Part shown: piece after piece, positions 58,494-64,000 of the stretch
Layout of the letters: each line of letters starts with the position of its first letter
Numbering within the stretch: position 1 is the first letter of the stretch
Source of the DNA: Candidatus Poribacteria bacterium
GTDB taxonomy: Bacteria > Poribacteria > WGA-4E > WGA-3G
DNA: 64,000 bases
Assembly (NCBI GenBank): GCA_022394775.1
Contig: JAGFCB010000154.1
Coordinates: 1,463 to 65,462 of the forward strand
Reading direction: 5' to 3'
Translations under genes and position numbers: made by a program
The notes under the pieces: generated by a model
Seen by the model: only the letters and a program-made list of their open reading frames with translations
What the model was told of the DNA's origin: nothing
Databases searched by the model: none

Positions 58494-58523
58494 TTGACAC
58501 AACGTCTGGCGGTATGTTATAGT
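58494..58523 (+). promoter_or_regulatory. candidate promoter for the radical SAM operon
   Basis: TTGACA (58494..58499), 18-nt spacer, TATAGT (58518..58523). Confidence 0.35.
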
Positions 58524-58620
58524 ATAATATGGACTTATAGCAACATCATACATCACATTCGGTGCCTTAGGATTAGGCACATGTCAAGACACACATAAGT
58601 CGGATAAAGGAGCAGAGATA

Positions 58621-59961
58621 ATGCCTGAAACCAAACCGGAACCCGCAACAGCAGGCATAGATTCAAAAGATACAACTGTAGGAAGCGTTTTCGTCTCAAA
58701 CTATCCTCCGTATTCTGTATGGGGTGAATCCGATGTGCCAGAGGTGCATCGTGCGCTCGACGAACCGCCGCGTCCAGATGCGACCTTAGGGCTTTACCTC
58801 CATATTCCGTTCTGTCGCAAGCGGTGTAAATTCTGCTATTTTCGAGTCTACACGGACAAAAACAGTTCAGAAATTGATACATATCTGAATGCACTGGGGA
58901 AAGAGGTTGAACTTTACAGCGAACAACCCGCAATCGCAGGCAGACCTTTGAGATTCGTTTACTTCGGTGGCGGCACGCCTTCCTATATCAGTGTCAAACA
59001 TTTGACGGCTCTTGTGGAAAGGGTGAAACGGGTGATGCCGTGGGATGCAGCTGAAGAGGTGGCGTTCGAGTGCGAACCCGGCACCCTGACAGAAAAGAAA
59101 CTTGATGCCATCAAAGCGATCGGCGTAACCCGGTTGAGTCTCGGCGTTGAAAACCTAAACGACGAAATTCTCGCTGAAAACGGAAGAGCACACCTTTCCA
59201 AAGAGGTCTATCGCATCGCACCGTGGATAAAGTCATTAGCGTTCGATCAGGTTAACATCGACCTCATCTCAGGTATGATAGGCGAGACATGGGAAAGTTG
59301 GCGTGATACCGTCAGAAAGACGATTGAACTTGACCCGGATAGTGTCACCATCTATCAACTCGAACTGCCGTTTAACACCGTCTATTCCAAGGACATCCTC
59401 GGCGGCGATGCACTACCGGTGGCAGACTGGAAATTAAAACGCGAATGGCACCAATACGCCTTTGAACAGTTTGCGGAAGCGGGTTATGAACAATCCAGTG
59501 CGTATACTGTTCTCAAGAAAGACAAACACTGTCAGTTCATCTATCGCGATGCGGTCTGGCAGGGTAGCGATATGATAGGCACAGGTGTTGCATCTTTCTC
59601 GCATCTCAGTGGGATCCACTTTCAGAACGCACCCTCATGGGGAGACTATCTCGGTGACCTTGCCGAAGACAGGGTCCCGATCTATCGCGCCCTGAAGCCC
59701 ACAGCATCGGAACGGTTGACGCGTGAGATGATACTGCAGCTCAAACTCGGCAAAATCAGTCCTTCCTATTTTGAAGCGAAGTTTAACGCAAACATTCTTG
59801 ATATTTTCGCAGAAGCCTATGAAAAACTGCAGAACGACGGCATGTTGCGCGTCAACGCCGCATCAGATGAAATTCAACTGACGCAGCGCGGATTACTCCG
59901 GGTCGATAGTTTGCTGCCTGCGTTCTATGCCCCTGAATATCAGAACACGCGATATACCTAA
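58621..59961 (+). CDS. HemN-like radical SAM protein (coproporphyrinogen III oxidase family / class C radical SAM)
   Basis: LYLHIPFCRKRCKFCYF (CxxxCxxC), GGGTPS, and a HemN_C-like C-terminal domain. RBS AAGGAG. Confidence 0.85.
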   Translation: MPETKPEPATAGIDSKDTTVGSVFVSNYPPYSVWGESDVPEVHRALDEPPRPDATLGLYLHIPFCRKRCKFCYFRVYTDKNSSEIDTYLNALGKEVELYSEQPAIAGRPLRFVYFGGGTPSYISVKHLTALVERVKRVMPWDAAEEVAFECEPGTLTEKKLDAIKAIGVTRLSLGVENLNDEILAENGRAHLSKEVYRIAPWIKSLAFDQVNIDLISGMIGETWESWRDTVRKTIELDPDSVTIYQLELPFNTVYSKDILGGDALPVADWKLKREWHQYAFEQFAEAGYEQSSAYTVLKKDKHCQFIYRDAVWQGSDMIGTGVASFSHLSGIHFQNAPSWGDYLGDLAEDRVPIYRALKPTASERLTREMILQLKLGKISPSYFEAKFNANILDIFAEAYEKLQNDGMLRVNAASDEIQLTQRGLLRVDSLLPAFYAPEYQNTRYT

Positions 59962-59964
59962 TAT

Positions 59965-61215
59965 ATGGATATACAAACCCAATTACATCGTCTCCGCGAG
60001 ATGCTTGCCTCGGTATTAGAAACAAACGTCTTCTATCGACAAAAACTTACTGAAGCAGGGATTACAGATCCAAACGACGTGCAGACGCTGGATGATTATC
60101 GGCAGCTGCCTTTTACGACAAAGAAAGCACTCAGCACAGATCAGGTCTCACATCCACCTTACGGCACAAATCTTACCTTTCCACTGGCGCAATATACCTG
60201 CCTCCACCGCACCTCTGGCACAACAGGCGAACCGTTGCGCTGGTTAGATACAGCGGAATCGTGGGATTGGTGGGGAAGATGTTGGGGCGAAATCTATCGC
60301 GGTGCAGGCGTGACCTCAGCGGATCGGTTGATGATCGCCTTTTCGTTCGGCCCGTTTATCGGTTTCTGGAGTGCCTATCACGGCGCGCAGATACTTGGCG
60401 CACTCACAATCCCAAACGGTGGTATGACCTCAGATCAGCGGATACGTGCCATCCTCAGCAACGATGTGACAGTACTTATCGCTACGCCAACGTACGCATT
60501 GCGGCTCGCTGAAGTGGCCGAACAAGAGGGTATCAATCTTAATGAAACATCTTCAGTTCGGGTAACTATCCATGCGGGTGAACCCGGTGCGAGTCTACCT
60601 GCAACGAAAGAACGGATTGAGGCGCGTTGGGGGGCGCGCGCTTACGACCACGCCGGTGCAACGGAAGTCGGGGCGTGGGGTGTGATGTGCGAACCGCAGG
60701 CGGGTCTCCATCTCAACGAAGACGAGTTTATCTGTGAAGTGCTTGATCCAGAGACGGGCAATCCCGCAGACGAAGGCGAGTTAGTCATCACCAATTTAGG
60801 ACGCGTCGGGATGCCGGTTATCCGCTATCGGACAGGGGATTACGTTAGACTCAAATCGGGAGTGTGTGAATGTGGTCGAGAGAGTCGCGTCCTTGACGGC
60901 GGCGTTATCGGACGATTGGATAATGCACTCATTATCCGTGGACTGAACGTATACCCTGCAACCCTTGAAAATATCATCCTCAAGTTCCCGGAAGTCCAAG
61001 AGTTCGCCGGTCGGGTTTACGGAACAGAGACATTTGACGAACTCGAAATCCAGATTGAATCCACAAACCCGAATCCTAATGATACTGCCACTGCTGTCGC
61101 TGCTGCGATTCGAGACGCGTTAGGTTTGCGTGTTATTGTGAAAGCAGTCCCACTTGAAACGCTGCCGAGGTATGAGCTTAAGTCGAAACGGTTTACCGAT
61201 GAGCGGACTTTGTGA
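59965..61215 (+). CDS. phenylacetate-CoA ligase family (PaaK / F390-synthetase-like) adenylate-forming enzyme
   Basis: YRQLPFTTKKAL, TSGTTGEP, IHAGEPG and YRTGD motifs. Starts 3 nt after the radical SAM stop. Confidence 0.85.
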   Translation: MDIQTQLHRLREMLASVLETNVFYRQKLTEAGITDPNDVQTLDDYRQLPFTTKKALSTDQVSHPPYGTNLTFPLAQYTCLHRTSGTTGEPLRWLDTAESWDWWGRCWGEIYRGAGVTSADRLMIAFSFGPFIGFWSAYHGAQILGALTIPNGGMTSDQRIRAILSNDVTVLIATPTYALRLAEVAEQEGINLNETSSVRVTIHAGEPGASLPATKERIEARWGARAYDHAGATEVGAWGVMCEPQAGLHLNEDEFICEVLDPETGNPADEGELVITNLGRVGMPVIRYRTGDYVRLKSGVCECGRESRVLDGGVIGRLDNALIIRGLNVYPATLENIILKFPEVQEFAGRVYGTETFDELEIQIESTNPNPNDTATAVAAAIRDALGLRVIVKAVPLETLPRYELKSKRFTDERTL

Positions 61216-61232
61216 GCAACGCGTTCCGGTTC

Positions 61233-61255
61233 GTAGTAGCGCAATTCATTGCGCG
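61233..61255 (+). repeat. GTAG-type palindromic hairpin after the PaaK-like gene
   Basis: GTAGTAG-CGCAAT-tc-ATTGCG-CG (palindrome gcgcaattcattgcgc at 61239..61254). Confidence 0.5.
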
Positions 61256-61289
61256 TGGAGATATAATGAATTGCGATTATGCCCTACCC

Positions 61290-61442
61290 TTTGTCGATCA
61301 GGGTCATTCAATTTCCAAATTGTCTGAATCGCGGATTATCGCGGAGGACGCGGAGGACGCGGATTTTCGTGTTTAGATACGCCAAAATCATAAGGTAATT
61401 TAGCTGTTTTCCAGAGAATTGAATGGCTCTGTTTGTCGATCA
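61290..61442. mobile_element. MITE-like insertion (about 131 bp) flanked by 11-bp direct repeats
   Basis: tttgtcgatca occurs at 61290..61300 and 61432..61442. Inverted ends are gtcattcaatttcc (61303..61316) and the complement of ccagagaattgaatggc (61411..61427). Internal tandem is cgcggatt-atcgcggagga-cgcggagga-cgcggatt (61329..61365). Confidence 0.55.
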
Positions 61443-61490
61443 ATTAGGATTTACACAATCCTTTGAGTTGTGTTAAAATAAAAAGATATT

Positions 61491-61724
61491 ATGAAGCTTT
61501 CAAAAACACGGCTTTCTGAAATTGAGAGCCTTCCTGAGGACGCGATTGATACATCAGAGATCCCCGAACTTGATGACGATTTTTGGGAAAACGCTCGACA
61601 GATTGTTTCAGAAAATTATCTTCAAATTGAACATGAAATCTTGGAATGGTTCAAGGGACAGGAACAGGATCACCACGCGCAGATAAATCAAGTGCTTCGA
61701 TCATATATGGAAGCTCATAGGTAA
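61491..61724 (+). CDS. BrnA-like antitoxin / DUF4415 family protein (no adjacent toxin)
   Basis: IDTSEIPELDDDFWENA .. ILEWFKGQ .. QINQVLRSYMEA matches the DUF4415/BrnA pattern from memory. Stop TAA abuts the next ATG. Confidence 0.65.
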   Translation: MKLSKTRLSEIESLPEDAIDTSEIPELDDDFWENARQIVSENYLQIEHEILEWFKGQEQDHHAQINQVLRSYMEAHR

Positions 61725-62999
61725 ATGAACAAACACCATAACTACGACACCATCGTTATCGGGGGCGGACCGGCTGGGAGTACCGTTGCAACGCTTGTTG
61801 CTGAACACGGACATCGCGTGCTGCTGCTTGAACGGGAAGCCGCGCCGAAATTCAAAATCGGCGAATCGCTGATCCCTGCCACATACTGGACTTTCAAACG
61901 ACTCGGTATGCTGGAAAAACTACGAGAAAGCCACTTTCCACAGAAATACAGTGTACAGTTCTATTCACGCACAGGTAAAGGCTCCACGCCGTTCTACTTC
62001 TTCCAAACCAACCCGCATGAGAGTGCTGTCACATGGCAGGTACTGCGGAGTGAGTTTGACGAAATGCTTCTGGACAATGCGAAAGAGAAAGACGTTGAAG
62101 TCCGCCGCGGGGTCGGTGTCCGAGAAGTCCTTTTTGAAGGCGACACGGCAACCGGTGTCGTTACACAGAACACAGATGGCACCCGCGAAACCCTTCATGC
62201 AACTGTCGTCGTCGATTCTACTGGGCAGCGGTCGCTCATCGGAAGGCAGCTGAACCTGAACACGATAGAACCGAACCTCAAAATGGCATCGCTCTTTACA
62301 CACTACGAAGGCGGACATAGAGAGGAAGGCATCGACGAAGGTGCCACGCTCATCTTACACACCGAAGAGAAAGACTCTTGGTTCTGGTCGATCCCGTTGC
62401 CGTATAACCGGACGAGTATCGGGGTTGTCGGCGAGTTGGACTATCTCCTTCAAAATCGCAGAGATACTAACGGCAAACTCGACACTCAGAAAATCTTCAC
62501 CGAAGAATTGGAAAAGTGCGTGCCGCTGAAGCAACGACTCGAAGGTGCGAAGCAGCTGCTCCCGATCCAAACCACGAAAGATTTCTCTTATCGTGCCAGT
62601 CGTATCGCAGGCGATAACTGGGTATTGGTAGGCGATGCATTCGGGTTCTTGGATCCGGTCTACTCGACGGGACTGTTTTTGGCACTCAAATCGGGGGAGA
62701 TGGCAGCGGATGTCATCATCGAAGCCTTCCAAAAAGACGACTTTTCCGAAGCACAACTTGGGAGTTTCGGACCAGCGTTTGTAAATGGAATGGAAGCATT
62801 TCGGAAACTTGTTTACGCTTTCTACACGAAAGAATTCAGCTTCGCACGATTCCTATCAGAATACCCGGAGCATCAGGGGGGCATTGTTGACATCCTAAGT
62901 GGAGATGTGTTCAGGAAAGACGTAACGCACATCTTCCCAGCAATGGCAAAAATGTGCCCGTTCCCATCTGAGGTGCCGCTGGAGTCTTCGGCACAATAA
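61725..62999 (+). CDS. FAD-dependent oxidoreductase, flavin-dependent halogenase-like
   Basis: GGGPAGS dinucleotide fold, KIGES, WFWSIP (WxWxIP, nt 62379..62396), GDAFGFLDPVYSTG. Confidence 0.7.
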   Translation: MNKHHNYDTIVIGGGPAGSTVATLVAEHGHRVLLLEREAAPKFKIGESLIPATYWTFKRLGMLEKLRESHFPQKYSVQFYSRTGKGSTPFYFFQTNPHESAVTWQVLRSEFDEMLLDNAKEKDVEVRRGVGVREVLFEGDTATGVVTQNTDGTRETLHATVVVDSTGQRSLIGRQLNLNTIEPNLKMASLFTHYEGGHREEGIDEGATLILHTEEKDSWFWSIPLPYNRTSIGVVGELDYLLQNRRDTNGKLDTQKIFTEELEKCVPLKQRLEGAKQLLPIQTTKDFSYRASRIAGDNWVLVGDAFGFLDPVYSTGLFLALKSGEMAADVIIEAFQKDDFSEAQLGSFGPAFVNGMEAFRKLVYAFYTKEFSFARFLSEYPEHQGGIVDILSGDVFRKDVTHIFPAMAKMCPFPSEVPLESSAQ

Positions 63000-63085
63000 A
63001 TTGCCTCGTTGTAAACACAATATGTTTTTTAAGAGTGGATTCGGAGTATGTAATCCACCGTATCCATAGTTACAGGAGAACACCC

Positions 63086-64000
63086 ATGAAATATGTCATG
63101 TCCTTTTTATGTATTATCTGTTTCGTCTTTCTCCCTGCCAAGTCAGAGAGCGATAACGGCTCAAAACGTCGGTTTATCAGCATCGGAACAGCCCCAGCAG
63201 GCGGTGCGTTTTTCGTCGTCGGTTCTGCGATCGCAGAAGTCGTTGATAATGCCCCAGAAACAAACTGGGAGGTAACCGCTGAAAGCACAAAGGGAACGCA
63301 AGAAAACATCCGTCGCCTTGTGAATAACGAGCTTGAGTTCGCACTTGCCAATGCCGCGATTTCCTACTTCGCTGTGCGCGGTGAAGGCGATTGGAAAAAG
63401 GAACACGCCATTCGTGCCGTTATGACCCTTGCCCCGAATGTCGGCTTGTTTATTACACCGCAGTCCTCAAACATCCGTAAAATTCAAGATTTTGCGGGAA
63501 AACGGATTGTTGTTGGTCCAGCGGGGGCAGGATTTAAGTATTTCCTCGAACCGATATTACTCGCCCACGGTGTCACGTACGAAGACTTCTCTCCACTCAA
63601 TAGCCATTATATCGGCGCGGTGGATCTACTGGCAGACGGTTCTGCTGCAGCGGCCTTCATGGGAGGTGCGGTTCCAACGCCAGCCGTCACGCAAGCCAGC
63701 ACGTCTCAAAATATCTTTTTCATCCCGTTTGACGAAGCGGCGAAACAATTTCTCTTTGAAAAATATCCGTTCTTTAACGCCATAACCGTTCCTGCGGATA
63801 CCTATAAAGGGCAGACGGAGCCGTTCGCAAGTATGAATGTGGGTTCAATGCACCTAATCACCGCTGAGCAGATCGACGAAGATACCGTTTACGAATTTAC
63901 GAAGGCCTTGTACACACATCGTGCGGAAGTCGTCAAACGCCACGGTGCTGGCAAAGCGATTAACCCCAAAAATGTTATCAAAGATACAGGCACGCCTTTT
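63086..64000 (+). CDS. TAXI family TRAP transporter solute-binding protein (3' end outside window)
   Basis: Not in the ORF track because it has no stop in the window. ATG 63086 follows AGGAG. My translation is MKYVMSFLCIICFVFLPAKS..FISIGTAPAGGAFFVVGSAIAEVV..TKGTQENIRRLVNNELEFALAN.., typical of TAXI/TIGR02122 receptors. Frame is open to 64000. Confidence 0.85.
   Translation, partial: MKYVMSFLCIICFVFLPAKSESDNGSKRRFISIGTAPAGGAFFVVGSAIAEVVDNAPETNWEVTAESTKGTQENIRRLVNNELEFALANAAISYFAVRGEGDWKKEHAIRAVMTLAPNVGLFITPQSSNIRKIQDFAGKRIVVGPAGAGFKYFLEPILLAHGVTYEDFSPLNSHYIGAVDLLADGSAAAAFMGGAVPTPAVTQASTSQNIFFIPFDEAAKQFLFEKYPFFNAITVPADTYKGQTEPFASMNVGSMHLITAEQIDEDTVYEFTKALYTHRAEVVKRHGAGKAINPKNVIKDTGTPF

Overview
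Densely coding 64-kb bacterial chromosomal segment with moderate GC by eye. I call about 59 protein genes on both strands and one tRNA-Ala(GGC). I found no rRNA, CRISPR array, transposase, integrase or phage structural genes. Content is mostly housekeeping and accessory metabolism. Aromatic amino-acid genes trpF, aroA and aroQ are scattered, as are the thiamine-related genes tenA, yjbQ and thiamine diphosphokinase. Also present: tsaB and tsaE, sbcDC, korAB, a Ski2-like helicase, cell-envelope glycosylation genes (flippase, GT4, DegT aminotransferase, DUF2064), and many PhyH dioxygenases, xylose-isomerase-like TIM barrels, and Gfo/Idh/MocA and SDR oxidoreductases. This repertoire, plus an FGE-like protein, HEAT/PDZ lipoproteins and a CBM9/DUF5916 protein, suggests an uncultivated marine lineage (Poribacteria- or PVC-like), but that is only a guess. 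All family calls rest on motifs read by eye; no searches were run. Main observations: (1) a thioredoxin-fold/peroxiredoxin-like gene has a single in-frame TGA exactly at the first Cys of its CxxC motif (U-P-V-C), making it a candidate selenoprotein. (2) A compact cassette holds a HemN-like radical SAM enzyme, a PaaK-like adenylating enzyme, a flavin-dependent halogenase-like protein with a WxWxIP motif, and a TAXI-TRAP binding protein. (3) Two toxin-less, truncated HicB-like paralogues bracket a 651-aa polytopic membrane protein. (4) An orphan gene with a consensus promoter encodes a protein with an SSB-like acidic C-terminal tail. (5) Several families of short interspersed elements occupy the intergenic DNA: MITE-like elements with terminal inverted repeats, GTAG-hairpin REP-like elements with compensatory stem changes, TTYCAAA-loop hairpins, and two insertions flanked by direct repeats.
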